Assembly: GCA_964016885.1 (NCBI GenBank)
Contig: OZ024740.1
Span: 182,590,001 to 182,654,000, forward strand
Length of the DNA stretch: 64,000 bases
Origin: Eledone cirrhosa
Lineage: Eukaryota
Direction: 5' to 3'
Of this stretch, positions 1 to 14,672 are shown piece by piece; the first letter of the stretch is position 1; the number at the start of each line of letters is the position of its first letter. The notes beneath the pieces are model-generated. The model was not told the origin of the DNA and ran no database searches. It saw only the letters and a program-made list of their open reading frames with translations. The translations under genes were made by a program, and so were the position numbers.

Positions 1-1073
1 CATGGAATATTTTTTAACTTAATTAAGTTCTTTTTAATGTTTTAAGCAGAAAATGCTTTAAAATATTTACTTTCTGATTCAATAAGATATTTTACATATT
101 CTCTCAATAGTGAATTGAAATATGCTAGATTCAATTTCGATTTTTACTATGAAATGTAAGTATAGAAGATTTGAGATAGCAAACTATTTATTTTCTATAC
201 AGTCCTCATGTATGTATATAAAGAATTTGGATTGTTTTCTGGTTAGCACATCCAATGGATAATAGTCAGCTTGTTTGTATAGCATATTTACATATATTAT
301 ATGAAGATAATCTCAGTTTCCCCCCAAAATGTACACATAAACACACACACACATAATTTTTGTGACATTTTGTATGCCCAACTCATTCTTCTTTGTCTTT
401 CCCTATGTTGATTTCCAATTGTGACTATCCACTCATTCTTAAAAGTGTTTCAGCTTTGACCATGTCCATTCCTTTTAAATGCCATTCAAACCCTATTCAT
501 CCATCTTCTTTTTAAAGGTGCTCTAAACATGCCCTTCCTTTTTTTAAGGATACTCCAACCATCACCATCTACACTTGTTTTTAATGAAGCTGCCATGCTA
601 GGTCATAGAAAATTGTGCACCTCTTTATATTACCTTTTTTAAATGTTTCCATGCATTTCGTTTTTGAGGATATTGCCACAATTTCTGAAACCTAATGAGA
701 TGTGGTGAGAGAATCTTCAATTCAATCCCCACAGTGCTTCATCTTCAAAACCCCAGCATGAAAGGGACAACTATATTGAAATGATTGAAGGCTTGTCTGA
801 TTTCAAAGAGATGCCTATGTCACAGTTTGTTGTGTCTGTTTCAACAACTCGCAGTGTTAAAAGCAATGTCATGGTATTGATAGGATTTGTAATGGTTTGT
901 CATTGGACTGCAAGTATAGCAGGGAACCAACTTCAAAGCTTTTATTTCAATCTAGTTCTTGGTTTGTCAGATTTTATCTACTTTTAACTTTTGGCATACA
1001 GTGGTGCAATGTGATACCATTTACAACAAACATTATCAAACAAAAATTACCCCCCCCCCCCCCCTACCACCAC

Positions 1074-1106
<33 letters not shown>

Positions 1107-1479
1107 TTTACATCCAAGTTCAATGTTGGTATGGGGTGCATGTTCTGCCACAGTTGAAAAAAAGATGGTTTGGATCGAATACTATTTCTTATATGTTCCA
1201 TATTCAGCATGGTTTTTATAAGTCGATGCTCTTCCTAAAACCATCCATCTTACAAGATGTACTGGATGTGCTTTTTCATGGCCTCCCCACTACCACTTTA
1301 CAGAGTGTACTGAGTGCAATTTTCATGGCACCAAAACTAACACTTTACAGGATGTACTGGGTGAGGGTGAATTTTATTGACTGTATGGGTGAGTATGTAT
1401 ATGTAATGGGATGTCACACACCTCCTGGAAAGTAATTTAATTCAAATGATATTGGTCAACCTGAGGTTACATAAGAATG

Positions 1480-1856
1480 GCCTATGTGCACACACACAGT
1501 GGTATGATGTCTAGAACCACATGGTTGTGAAGTGAACCTCTTAACCATGTAACTATGCTGAACCTCTAATATATAATTTGCATACATCCCCCCATGACCA
1601 CACTGGTGACATGACAAAAAGCACCCAGTCCAACATGTCAGATGGTTGTTTTGTTGCCACAATACAAATCCCTCAGTCCATGCTGTAAATGTGATTGGTG
1701 TTGGGAAGGGCATTCAGCTATAGAAACCAAACCAGAAACAGTTCTGTATGAGCAAGAGATGTTCATCTGATATGACTTTTCTTACAACAGGCAAATCGTC
1801 TAACCCATGCTAGCATGGAAAAATGGATGTTAAACGATGAAGATGATGATGATGAT
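1480..1856 (+). mobile_element. Degenerate SINE with RTE-derived 3' tail
   Basis: Decayed tRNA-like head near 1480-1540 and 3' end ctaacccatgctagcatggaaaaatggatgttaaacgatgaagatgatgatgat, similar to the RTE tails in this window. Confidence 0.5.
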
Positions 1857-2419
1857 ATCCGTACACAGGCTTATATACTTACTTGTGAGTATATACAAAC
1901 TATGTGTGTGAATATTGTAGACATTGAACTATATATTATATACTTAATGATAAATGGTGTTTTTGGCAATATCCAATAAAATGCTAGTGAATGAATAATA
2001 TTGCCTTTTAATAGACGTGGGTAGGAGGTTCAATACTCAACAAACAACAAAAAATGTATATTGTTGTCTACAATGTGCTTGCTGTTTCATTAGTGCTTCA
2101 GAGCGTTTCTTTAAAAATTGTCTTCTACACATGATACAGTATATATATATATATATATGAAAGAAAGAGAAAGAGAAAGAGAGAGAAAAAGAAGGAAAAA
2201 AGTGAAGGGTGGGGATAGAATTTCAAGAAAATAATTCTCAAATTTGAAATAGCTACTTATATTACATACATGTGATATATTGAGAAACATTAATTCCATC
2301 AATTTTATTGTATTCAGCAGAGAATATTTTTATTTGTATATTTTTTGATTTCCATTTGTTTTATTGTCTTACATTTATTGTGTTGGAAACATTTATTTAT
2401 TTGGTTTATAACTCACTTA

Positions 2420-2826
2420 TAACTCACTATATCCCCTTATCTTGTATCCCAAATGTGTTTCTGAGTGTTATTCATCAATAATTAGCTTTTGTTCTTGTTT
2501 GCCATTCTTAACACATTATATTCCAGTAGGTTAGGTTACATTTCTTCTTAGACAATAAATATATTGTTACATCAACTTTAGAATATGTTGTGTTTGAAAA
2601 TTTTTATTTGTGTATTGCTTTCATTTATTGTTAAAAAAAAGACATATTTTGCTTACAACTCAGTATATTCTGCTAATCTTATATCCCAAATGTGTTCCTA
2701 AGTGGAACATACCAATAATTAGCTTTTGTTCTCAATTGCTATTCTTAACAATTTATATTCCACTATGTTAAATTCCATTTCTTCCCAGACAAATATATAT
2801 CAATGTCATCTTCAACATCCTAGAGC
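2420..2826. repeat. Diverged tandem duplication (two ~170-bp copies)
   Basis: aactcactatat..tatcccaaatgtgtt..caataattagcttttgttct..attcttaaca..tatattcca occurs at ~2420 and ~2657. Confidence 0.75.
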
Positions 2827-3849
2827 AGAGCTTTCAAAGCTTTTCACGTTAGTGACATACTTTTTACAAAATAACACTTCTGTGATACATTCATTTTTGT
2901 TAGCAATGTGAAAATGAAGAAAACTAATAATTAAACAATTAAATATAATATCAATATCACCGGTCATATGTCTAATCAAATGTAGAATTGTCATATATTT
3001 TGTATCCTTTATAATCAAATATTTGTAAAAAAAATAGCTCTGATTTCATTTAATTTTACCACACATCTATAAGTTATGGGTCTTATTCTTCTTCACTCAT
3101 TTATTCCTGGGAATGTCCTGGGGTCAGAGTTCTCAAAAATTCCTTCCAGCAGCAGATATCTCCAATTAATCTGGCTGGATTCCCAAGTGATATCAACTGT
3201 ACCCATGGATGTTATCAAACCAACTTGCTTGGGGTCTACCACTGGGTCTCCTGTTCATTTGTGTTGCCCATAAAACCTGTCCAGCAATACTTTCCTGAGA
3301 CATTCTAACCACTTAGTTTTGGAGCTTTGATATCTCAAATCAGAGAATTAGCAGCTCTAATTGAAGCGACTCTCTGATCTCTGAGCTATGCACTCTATCA
3401 AGTAATATTACTCCAAAGACTTTTTGGAGGAACCCTGTGTCATATGCGTGTACATGCAATTGCATTCTTTTGGTCATTAATTAAGATGCATGGCCATCCA
3501 TAAGTTAGGGTTGGCATGAATACCAAACTGAAGATAAGGAGTTATGGATGTCACACAAAATTATGACACACAGTTTCGAAACATCTATCTAAGAGCAAGG
3601 GCTTTGCTCAATTCATTAACCACTATTTAGATAGTATATCACTCTAAGATATCCCAAAACAGCAAATTATCACCTATAAATCAGACAGAAACATTTTCTT
3701 TTGTATTAGTGTTTAATATGATATGTTTGAAAGTAATGCTTTTCCTCCCCATACCAGAATTCTATACTTTTTAATCAAAATTTTGAATAATTGACTTTGG
3801 ATACCAAAGATTGGCTTTTTTATCTAAATCTAAAAAATCTATCTTCAGC

Positions 3850-4109
3850 CTGACGGCTCATAAGGCCAGTGCTTATCCCACTTTCCATGGCAAGAAGTGA
3901 CTGAGAGTACAAGAATTCTAACTGAGTAGGATGCCAGTCCATGACAAGGTTAATCCCCCAGCTATTATTGGAACTTATTTTCATCTGAGTATATTGGATT
4001 AATGTTAAATGACATATTTTGATCAAGAACACAACACACAATCCAGTCCAGGAATCAAACCCACAATTATGATCCTAAGTCCAACACCCTTACCACTAGG
4101 CCATGCACC
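3850..4109 (-). mobile_element. tRNA-derived SINE (degenerate)
   Basis: Minus strand starts aggtgcatggcctagtggtaagggtgttggact..gggtttgattcctgg with Pol III A-box/B-box-like motifs. Confidence 0.65.
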
Positions 4110-5971
4110 TTATAGAACCATAAAAAACTTGAGATCTGATCAAACTCAAGTGGGACTCACATTAGAAGGATACTCACATAAATTACAGGCTGCTCTTAAA
4201 CAACACAATCCACACTCAAACATTAAGTGTCCCATCCAAAGAAAAATTATTGAACTCATTGACAAAGTACTTCACATATTTTTATTCGTCTCTCTGCCCC
4301 TTTTATTACTTCTGCAATGGGTTCTAATCTACCATTCTAGCAGGTTGTTAACCATATCTACCTCACCTCCTATTCACTCACATCATTCATCGACATTTCT
4401 CTTGTCAACTGTATTTTGTCTTTTGTTATAAACTAATCATTCCTCACCAGAGATGTTACTTCAAATTACATATTTTAATAGAAAGTTGAATAACATAATG
4501 TATATATGCTCTCTTCAAATCAATTTTTGTGCACAGATGTTTGTGTATGATGCATGTCTTATTCCCCATAACTGTAAGACACAGTTTGCAAGGGAGGAAA
4601 TTGTGCTTGTGTGTACATATAATGCAAAAATGGATGATAATTATTAGGTGGAGAAGTACAAAGAGTTCTAAGTGAAAAGAAGCTGTGGTAGAGTTAGGTC
4701 AAGGAAGATTTGGGCAGAAGTGAAGGGAGTTGGAAAAAGGAATGTGATAAGTGGAGCAACAATCTATTAAAAAGACTTGTCCAACTCATTCAAGCAAGGA
4801 AAAATTGGTTAGTGATGTTAATAGTGTAGAGACTTAATAGATTTTACATTCTGCATTGTTTGTCATCATTATAAAAGAACTGGATAGTAATGATTAAGTA
4901 GTAAGCTTAAAAGGCGCAATGGGTTACAATTGAATGACAGCAACTCTAAATAAATAGAAGGTGGGTGTTCTGAATGGAAATTAGGAGAAATATCTATTGA
5001 TTTTTGTGAGAAAGTATGAAAAGGGTCAGTAAAAAGGCAGATATTTGCAGGAACTTAATGAGAAAACTAATAAACTGATTATTTACAAAAGAACAAAGAA
5101 GACTGAATTAAGGGAAATGTCTCAACATTAAAGTAGCTTCAAGCAGAAGTAATAATTTCATATGATGTCCATTAATATATACAGAAATAGATCAACTAAA
5201 ATTAGGAAAAACCTTCTATAGTGAAGATATTTTGATACATGAGCTGAATAATTTAGTGGACATTCAATCTGAAAGCTTTCCACAATTTTATATTGAGAGA
5301 GAAAGCGGGATGGGGGAGATAAATTCCTATGTGGTAACAGCCCAATATAAATAAATTACAGATGAACTGGTTGACAAATACATACAATTTAAGACATATA
5401 ATAACTATAATGATAAATTATTGTACTTTTATTTCAGGCAGATCTAGACCAGTGGTTCCCAATCTTATTTTCTAGCAGGACCCTCATATGATGTTCCAAA
5501 AATACATGAACCAGTATCTATATTTTACAAGCAATATGCACCTCCCTAATTCTAGAGAGACGATATATTTATATACAGAAAATACCTCTATAATATTTTT
5601 TTTATTAAATGTTATTATATTTCCTTAACTCAGAGATCCCCAGAGTCTTTTTGCACAGTCAACTTTAGGAAGTATAGATCTAGTCTAAATAAAATTTGAA
5701 AAGAAGAAAATTTGGCCTTGCATAGTAAATGACAACAATTGAGATGAATGGAAGTATGCAGAGAGAAATTGAGATAAACGGAGATCTGCTATATAGCAGA
5801 ATTTGTCCATTTCTATCAAGATTAAAAATTGATGATGCAAAAATGACCCAAACAATATCCACAGAAGAAGCTGAATCATTAGGTGACTGATCTGTCAAAT
5901 GAATTTCAGAAGGCGTTCTTTATCCTCATTAACTTCTTCCATCTGCAATACTGACAGATGCCAGTTGGTCA

Positions 5972-6265
5972 CAATGCTTGCAACAGAGTGGCCTCTCCTA
6001 AAGCTACTCATTGGTCAGGCAATGATACTAAAGGGGACAAGGGATGAAGCCAACCTCCAACCAGTCTAACACCCTGTACCCAATAGCATTCTTTATTTTT
6101 TTTCAGGTGCTACTTAGAATGCTTGCAACAGAGTGGCTCCACTAAAAGTACTCAAGTGTCAGGTTATGGTATTAAACTGGACAATGGATGAAGTCAACCA
6201 CCAAAGAAATCTAACATCCTATGCTCAATATCATTTAACTCATGAGCATCCTTTATTTTTTTTCA
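5972..6265. repeat. Diverged tandem duplication (~145-bp unit x2)
   Basis: aatgcttgcaacagagtggc..ggatgaag.caacc..tctaaca..ctttatttttttca repeated at ~5972 and ~6117. Confidence 0.75.
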
Positions 6266-6419
6266 TATGCAATGTTTCTAATATAACCTTTTTTATTTAA
6301 TATTATGGATTTTGTGATTTAAGATATGATTTCTATCTTCACAAGGTTAGCAGCTGCAAAGATGCTTTCTTTAATGCTCGATGATCTATGTTCTTTTGTT
6401 CAGGCTATTTTGTTAAATA

Positions 6420-7598
6420 TTGGGTTGGACAGCAAGTTCACATCATTTTTCAAAAGGAGGTATTTTCATAACGTTTTCTGGAAATGTAGACGGTTGTGCA
6501 TGTGCACATATATAAGAAGTGACGTTGGATGCACTATGTGCATTTCTTATTTTCTGTTACGATGTCAAAGGGAAAGCAACATGGATTTATCTAAATTGTT
6601 TATTAAAAGCTATTTACTTCATGTCTTCAAATCTGGCCTAAGCGCAGCAGCTTCGAGTTGTCACATTAACAATTCATTTGGGTCACACACCATGTCTGAA
6701 CACAGTGCCAAGGACTGTTTCACACAGTTCTGCTGATTACAGTCTTCAAAATCAACCTCACACAGGACATCCATATGACTTCAATGTTGAGCAACTGCAT
6801 GAGGTGGTGGAAGCCAGACATCATGTCAACTCTCTGAAGGGATCAGAGCATTGAAAACAACTATCCCAATTAATTGCATACAATAGAGAATTTGTCTAAC
6901 TGGATCAATGGGTGCCCCACAATCTGACTGACCATAATTGTGAATGTCAGGTGACAGCTGCAACTTCTCTATTCTCCTATTATCAAATAACCAGCTGGTT
7001 ACATTCCATTGCCACTGGTGATGAAATATGGTGTCCCTACATTAATGTTAAGTGCAAGTGATCATGGGTTGATAAAGAGAGTGCACCAGAATAGCAAGCA
7101 AAGACTGGCCTCCACACTCGCAAGGTCAGGTGCGACTGGAAAGGTGTTATCCATTATGAGCTGCTCCCACTAAACACCAGTATAACCTCTGACCTCTGTT
7201 GCCAACAACTTGACAGATTAGCAGTGAAAGTTACACACTATTGTTCTCTTTGATTCCTTTATGATAGCGCTTGACCTCATCCATCAAGGGTGACCTGTGA
7301 GAAGCTAGGTTGGGAGGTTCTGCCCTGCCCACCATATTTGCCTGACCTTTAACCTACAGATTATCAACGTTTTGTCAATGATCAATGCAATGTAGTGAAA
7401 TACTTTTGTCAATGAAAACCAATTGCATTGAAACCAGAAGAATTTTACAGCGATGGAATCATGTGCCTTTGTAAACATTGGCTGAGAGTAATTGTAAATG
7501 AGGGTGATTATTTTGACTTGTAAAATGATCTTAATGTTAAAAAAAGGCCAGTGTTAATAAAAATTTGAAAAACTACGAGAACTTTCTGATCAACCTAA
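6420..7598 (+). mobile_element. Decayed mariner (Tc1/mariner) DNA transposon
   Basis: Imperfect TIRs (ta)ttgggttggacagcaagttc / gaactttctgatcaacctaa(ta) with TA TSD. Conceptual translation gives IATGDEIWCPYINVK, CDWKGVIHYELLP, LYDSA*PH and GWEVLPCPPYLPDL*PTDY, matching mariner TGDEKW, HDNARPH and YSPDLAPSD motifs; many stops. Confidence 0.9.
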
Positions 7599-10500
7599 TA
7601 GTATAGGAAGCTATTTGCCCCAGTAACATATTTCTATGAAGTCTACAGACATGGTATGGTCTAATTCAGAACTATGGAGCACAAAATTATGAAGCATGTT
7701 AATAAATAGCAAATTTATCTGATGCCCTATTGATTCTGCCAGCACAACCAACAACAACTACAACAACATCATTAGCAACTACAACAGCCACAACAATGAA
7801 ATCTTTACTTAACTGAAAGCACACACTCTTACTGGATGAAATAAAACTATGATATTTGTGTTCCTCTCAAAAATTGCTTTCCTGCCAGCCAATAACTGAC
7901 TCTATGAGATGAATGTAACTCAATATAAAAATGTCATGTAGTCCATAACCACTCAAAACAGTTAATAAGAAAAGTATATCATCAATGAGAATTACAATTT
8001 AATGACTTTATGTTCAGAATACAAACTAATTGTATAATTTAACTTCAATAAAGCAACTAATAGAAGCAGCACTGAGAAAAGTAAATTTTTTCTAACATTT
8101 TGTTTCCTTTAGTTTACTGTATTTTTCAAATATCTTTTTTACAGATGACATCATTAATCAAGTTTAATCCACAGACATCAAAAGAATTGCAGCCACCCAT
8201 GTCAATAAGCTTTTAAAAACTTATTGTAGATATTCATATAATTACAAATCTGTTTATGTAGTAATTAAGATTTTGAATATCGTTGATGGATATAATATTG
8301 TTTTATTTTGTTTTTGTAAAAGGCGTGTGACTTAGTGGTTAGAAATTGGATTCACAATCATGAAGTTGTGAGTTTGATTCCTTGACCAGGTGATGTGCCA
8401 GGATTTGCAGGCAGTAAATAGCATCAGCAATGAAAAGATCAATGGAAACAATGTTTCCTTGATGTGTTGATGAGATCCACCTCATTTGGTAACTGAATGA
8501 GGTCTGAGATATTCTTGATTGTTTAATGCAAATTTCCATTTGATTTTTTAAAACTATATCTTCTATTTGTTGCTGTTTCAACCTAGGTCTGCCTAATTTA
8601 GGCAGACCTATGATCAGGCATATTCCAGAAACCACCATCTCATTTTATACTGAATATGATATATCAAGGACTGCATTATCAAAGGTTTCCTTCCAGGTGG
8701 TAGGATTGAGTTGGCTGCTCTTATTAGTAGATTGGATAAATGTATAGAGGTTTCCTAACTGGCTTATTACTATTTTGATTCAGGTCAAATTTGATTGAGA
8801 AGACCAATGGATAACAGAGTTCCAGCTGTGATCACCCTGTCGTATTTTTCAAGTAAACATTACATGTAGTAGTGAAAATAGTAAATTATTGGAGATTAAT
8901 ACATCCTATCTTTATTAACATAGTAGAGTAGGATGTACTATCATTTTCATTTCTGCCATTTTTTACCCAGAAAATACAAGCATCAAGATGTTAATATTCA
9001 TAAAAATTATCAGAAAAGAACATTTCTAAGTTTTCAATAGTTAGTAAGATACTTTATTTACCAAATACAATCATATCTCATTCAGCAAAATTGAAAACCT
9101 CAATTATCTTGAAATATATATCCACCTTATCACAATAAATAATGTGATGCCTCCCACTAAATATAAATGAGGCAGTGATATGATATGCAAAAGATAGCAC
9201 TGAAATATCTCTAAAATTAACTAAATTATATTTTAAAATGTGAAGACACATTTAATCATATAATCAATCCACTATACCTTTAAAAAGGCAGAGTTGTTAA
9301 CACTAAAGTTCCTCTGATCATAGATATGTCCTCCCCATTTCGAGGCTGCTGTAGTCTTGTTCAGTATGCCAAGTTTGGAAAGGTGGGTTTTTAACAAATT
9401 TGGAAGGTTGGTCATGGGTTTGTTTAGCAGGAGGTATGAATGCAGTTTGACACTCGTTTTAGGGTGTTTACTAAGTGTTTGTAGCCTGATTGCAGCAATA
9501 ACGGTCTTATTTACGTATACAAACATTGCTTCTCTTTCATGATGAACTAATTTATTTTAATTTTAACTGTTGATAGTGATAACTGACATTAGGCCATAAC
9601 TAGTTTCCTGAGATCCTACTCAATCAGAGTTGACTTAAAGCTAAACAAGAGCTGTTACCTTCTTAAAATTCTTTTCTTTCATTATTTCCATCAGAATTTC
9701 ATAAATAATTCATAAAGATTGCTTATTGTTTAAACAGAATCTACTGGATGCATGATGAATACATTTTCTTATTATATTCATGATATTTAAATAACAAAAC
9801 TTTGAAAATAAGCAAAATAATGTCACTGCAAAAATATACATACATTTTCGAAATAAGCAAACAAAATTTAAAATAATTTTAAAAATTCGTGCATTATTTA
9901 CAACTCATTCACATGAACAGCAAAAATACAGTCAATGAGCACACTCTTACCTACTTATTCTCAGCACTTAGAGGCATTTATTAATAAGATCTAAATATTT
10001 ATACATTTAGCAGTATGACATTACAGTGGGAGCTATTGTGCAACTCTGAATAAAAGCTGATACAGTGATGAGAGAAACCTATAGTCCCCTCACCCACCCT
10101 ATATAGTGTTGATGGAATTAGAAATGCCATCAGCTCATGCTGTAAAGTCACTTGCTATATGAAGGGAAAACAGTCGCCAAAACGTACCCCAAATATGGCA
10201 TTCTAAGCAATGAAAATACCAAAATTGCATATAGCAGCGTTATTACTTATCAGGTTAGTATGGTATTTTAGACGAAGTGTATTTGCAAAACTATTCAGAA
10301 GAATACGAATAGCTTGTGCGTGTTTGTACAATCAGCTCCAAGAAAAATGCGTTTCACCGTGATGGCGAGTGACGAAGGTATACCACTAATTAAAACATTG
10401 AGTTTCTGCTCTATTTTAATTCCATTTGCAGCAAAATATGCATCCAGTTGCGCAAACCAGAGCTTGGGCTCACCGGAGGACGCAGGTAAATTAGGACTAC

Positions 10501-10980
10501 TCATCATTAGCATGTAACAGTTCCACATAAAAAATACTAAATGTAAAGAAATGCAACGCGTGTTAGATGTTTGGAACAACGGGAAAACAACACAAATTTC
10601 CCTCAACATCCATGAAGAAAGAAAAAATGCAAAATCCAGAATTGACAAGTCACAATAATTCAAGGCAGAAAAATTAAATGTTTCTTTTTTGTATTGGAGA
10701 AGGAATGGCATCACATGATGCGTCTCAGCCAATCAGATAGCTGCATTTCGGAGAAGAAAGACAATTGGCGGGAAAATTGGCGGACCAGTCAGGCATTGTG
10801 AATTCTTTTTGTGTTAAACGAACAATTTTCAATTTCGTTATTTTCGCATAGTTGCAAGAAATAAAATATTAGTTCCGTCAATTTTCTTTTCTATGTTTCT
10901 CTAGAAGTTTTTAGAAGTCTTTTAGAAGTTTTTCGAAGTTTTTTTAGAAGGCTGTGTAATGCATAATCGGGGTCAACCAC

Positions 10981-11181
10981 TTTAGACGAAGTGTATTTGT
11001 GTATTTATGAGTTGCAAAAATATTCAGAAGAATACGAATGGCTTGTGCGTGTTTGAACAATCATCTCCAAGAAAAATGCGTCTTGTCACTCTGCATCATC
11101 TTTTGCCGGAGTGTCTGTGTTATTTTTATGACGTCCGTTTGTGACGTCAGAATTTCACACCACAGGTGTCGCTTCGCTACA
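10981..11181 (-). repeat. Shared internal LTR (201 bp)
   Basis: Preceded by polypurine tract tctggaggagggctaca (11182-11198) and followed by a second PBS-like TGGTTGACCCCGA (10967-10979, resembling a tRNA-Trp primer site). Confidence 0.88.
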
Positions 11182-11504
11182 TGTAGCCCTCCTCCAGATG
11201 ACCAATCGATGTACAAGTAAACATATGTAGTGAGAAGCAAGGCAAAGATAGGTAATAAACAAAAGAAATGTTTGCACAAGCAGCAAAAAAAAGACAAGGC
11301 ATGCCAATATGTAACAACAGAAACATGCAAAACAATTCCAAAATGCAACAAATCGTAAGAAAGACAAAAGCAAAGGGCTGCAACAAGGGCAGCTTAAATG
11401 TACAGTTTGATACAGTTTGTTTCCAAAAAAGCTCCAGTTGCCAGTTCATATAATAAAAGTTTGGAAGAGTTCCTTGGGCCTGTGGACTCTTCGACCGGAA
11501 CGGG

Positions 11505-13870
11505 TCACGGTCTTGTATCTTGGTGATGGGACCGGGGCAAAGAAACAAGTGTGTGTGCAAAAGAGAAAGATGGGGGTGTATGTGGCTCAGGTGTGTGAGC
11601 ATCTGTGTGGGTCCGTTTAAGTCTATCAACCGCAATGGTCTCTCTGGATCCCTTAATGTCTACAGTGAAATCTTTATCAGAACGAGCCAACACACGGTAG
11701 AGTCAAGAGTACGGTTGTGTGAGAGGTGGTCTCAGAGCATCGTGTTTATGGATTTTCGATTTCTGGCAAGCGATGCAGGAACGGCACCAAACAGTAATAT
11801 CGCACCTCATATTTGAAGAATCTGGCTGTTATGAGCTTTACTGTGGCAGAAGATCCTGGGTGGGAAATGCTGTGTAAAGCAAGAAACACAGTACGACGAT
11901 GGTTTAGCGGGACGAATGGTCTCGGTGAATCCACGGAAACGTCGCAGAGAATCTGTCCGTCTGCGGAGGGCAATGGCAGTTATTTCAAATTACTCGTCGC
12001 AAATTCGGCTGATCCAACGTTTCCAGTGCAGGTTGGTATGCTGCCAAGTGATTTAAATCGATGTTGTGGGATGACGCAATCGAACTGATCGGCAATCGAG
12101 ACAGGGCGTCAGCCGCTGTGTTCAATGAGCCTGGAATGTGTTGGATGTCGTTTGTGAATTGCGAGATAAAGTCGAGATGCCTTGTTTCTCTGGGCGAGTA
12201 CTTGTCGGACTTTGCCCTTAAAGCGAAGGTCAAAGGTTTATGATCAGTATAGATTGTAAAACACCTTCCTTCGAGCATATGTGAAAAATGTTTCACGGAA
12301 AGGTAGATGGCTAACAGCTCCCGGCCAAAGGTGCTGTAGCGAGTTTCTGCAGGCTTCAACTTCCTGGAGAAAAATTCCAATGGTTGTTGGTGATCGTCAC
12401 TACTCTGTTGTAAGACTGCACCCACTGCAGTATCCGACGCATCAACACAAAGCGAAAGCTTGGCATTGGACACTGGGTGGGCCAGAAAAGATGCACTAGC
12501 CAATGCTGATTTGGCTTTTTGAAAATTCTCGAGCTGAGTCTGAGTCAAAGAGATTTCCTTCTTCTTGCGGCAATTTTTCAGAATCTCAGTAAGAGAGAAG
12601 AGTAGATTAGCAAAATGCGGAACAAAACGTCTATAGAAATTTATCAGTCCTAGGAATTGTCGCCACTGACGAAGTGAGTTCGGCGGAGGCAAATCCCCTA
12701 TAGCCTGAACTCGTTGAGCGAGGGGTCGAATACCCTCGGAGTCAATGACATGACCTAAAATATTCAGTGATTCCGCACCGAAAACACATTTTGTGGGATT
12801 TATTTGAACACTATAATCCTTGAGTCGACAAAACAAAAGATTCAATTGACGTATGTGTTCTCTGGAGGAACTAGCAATAAGCAGGTCATCAATATAAGTG
12901 TAGACGAAGTCTAAACCACGAGTGACCTCATCCATGAACCGTTGAAAGGTGCTAGCAGCATTCCTAAGTCCGAAAGGCATGGTAAGAAATTCGAATGATC
13001 CAAATTGAGTCGAAATGGCCGTTTTCGGAATATCTTCTTTCTTGACAGGAATTTGATGATAGGCTCGCACCAAATCGAGCTTCGAGAAAATTTTACATCA
13101 CTGCAACGACGATGCAAAATCTTGCAGGTGTGGAATAGGATATCTATCCGGGACAGTTATAGCATTTAAATTCCTATAATCCCCAGTGGGTCTCCAGTCG
13201 CCAGAAGTCTTGGGTACCATGTGCAACGGAGAAGCCCAAGGGCTCGTAGAAGGGCGAATTGTGCCAAACTGCAGCATGTGGTCGAACTCGGACCGTGCTG
13301 CCTTCAATTTGTCCGCAGGCAAGCGACGAGGACGTGAGAACACTAGGGCGCCAGTTGTAGAGATAAAATGCTCCGTTGTGTGAGTCGGTTCGACAACTCG
13401 AAAATTTCCCTGAGTAAGCTGTGGGAAAGAATTCAACAATGCATGATAGGGATTCCCAGCATTAGCGATGAAAAAGGTCGGGCTAACCGTTGGAAAATTA
13501 GCTTTCTGGCCACGAAAAGAAAAACCCGTAATGCCGTCTACTAGGCGTCGGCCACGGACGTCCACCGTCAATGCAAAATGGTGTATAAAATCCGCTCCCA
13601 AGATCGGATATGGTAGGTCAGCAACCGTAAAAATCTATTTGAATTCTCGAAGATTTCTGAATTGCAGAGGAAGCGAGATTTGTCCAAAAGTCCGTATCGG
13701 CGAATGATTGACAGCTTGTAGATTCATTGATGACTCAGGAGGAGTTTCTTTAACACAGTTCACCGTCCAAATGCTGCAGGAGGCTGCTGTATCTACGAGC
13801 AAAGATCTTCCGGACAGGAGGTCCTCAATAAAGAAGTGGCGGTTTGGGTGTGTAGCACAGAGATCAGCTG
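11505..13870 (-). pseudogene. pol: Gypsy Pol (protease, RT, RNase H, partial integrase), frameshifted, integrase core deleted
   Basis: LLVDTAA protease motif (~13790); [23 protein letters not shown]; YIDDLLI; DASD..ELLAIY..YTDHKPL; LHSISHPG zinc-binding region then an abrupt jump to C-terminal ETIAVDRLK. Confidence 0.9.
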
Positions 13871-14000
13871 CCGCCTCCAGTGACTCTGGTCTGCGTTTCC
13901 TGAAGTTGAATATTTACACGGTGGTCGGCAGTCATTTGCTTTATCAGCGAAGGTGGCATGATATCAGCAAAAAGACGAATTGCTGGCGGACAAGCTGGCG

Positions 14001-14672
14001 TTACGGCGTGATGTCGCGAAGGAACGCGAACGACTTCTTGGCCGCCTGGGAGATGGCCTTACTCTCCCTACATAATTTCGCGACTTGACGCGTCAATGTG
14101 TCAATCGCCTTCAACATGGCATCCTCGTGTGTCGAGACGCGTTGGTTCGGAAAAGTCGAAGAGGCAACAAGCGAGTCCGACGAGGTAGCTTTCCTAGAGA
14201 ATGCCACAATTCGATCGGCAGACGCAGCGATCTGCTCCACCGAGCTCGAGTCCACTATGGTAGCCAATATAATCTGTACATTGTTTGGGAAGCGAGACAA
14301 AAATAGCTTTTTGATAAATGAACTATCCTCATCGGGCGATTCACTGAGGTCCCTAATATGGCGTAAAAATTCGGACGGCGACCTGTCGCCTAAACACTCG
14401 TCCTCCAATAATGCACGAAACCTGCTTTCAACAGAACGGCAGTTTCTCCTTAATATTTCCGTCCTCAATGAATCATACGAAGTACCGGTTGGCTTGTCCG
14501 TTATTAAATCTTTCACCGTGATGGCGAGTGACGAAGGTATACCACTAATCAAAACATTGAGTTTCTGCTCTATTTTAATTCCATTTGCAGCAAAATATGC
14601 ATCCAGTTGCGCAAACCAGAGCTGGGGCTCACCGGAGAACGCAGGTAAATTAGGACTACTCATCATTAGCAT
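14001..14672 (-). CDS. gag: Gypsy Gag-like protein (truncated by frameshift)
   Basis: 223-aa ORF with LPAFSGEPQLWFAQLDAYF and LGDRSPSEFLRHIRDL motifs typical of invertebrate Gypsy Gag. Confidence 0.8.
   Translation of the reverse strand: MLMMSSPNLPAFSGEPQLWFAQLDAYFAANGIKIEQKLNVLISGIPSSLAITVKDLITDKPTGTSYDSLRTEILRRNCRSVESRFRALLEDECLGDRSPSEFLRHIRDLSESPDEDSSFIKKLFLSRFPNNVQIILATIVDSSSVEQIAASADRIVAFSRKATSSDSLVASSTFPNQRVSTHEDAMLKAIDTLTRQVAKLCRESKAISQAAKKSFAFLRDITP

Noticed and set aside
781-1435. Poly-Pro/His/Ser ORFs
   Set aside because: Derived from a C-run and a (CAT)n SINE tail
5449-5683. hAT-like MITE starting cagtggttcccaa
   Set aside because: The matching right TIR is too degenerate to support a call
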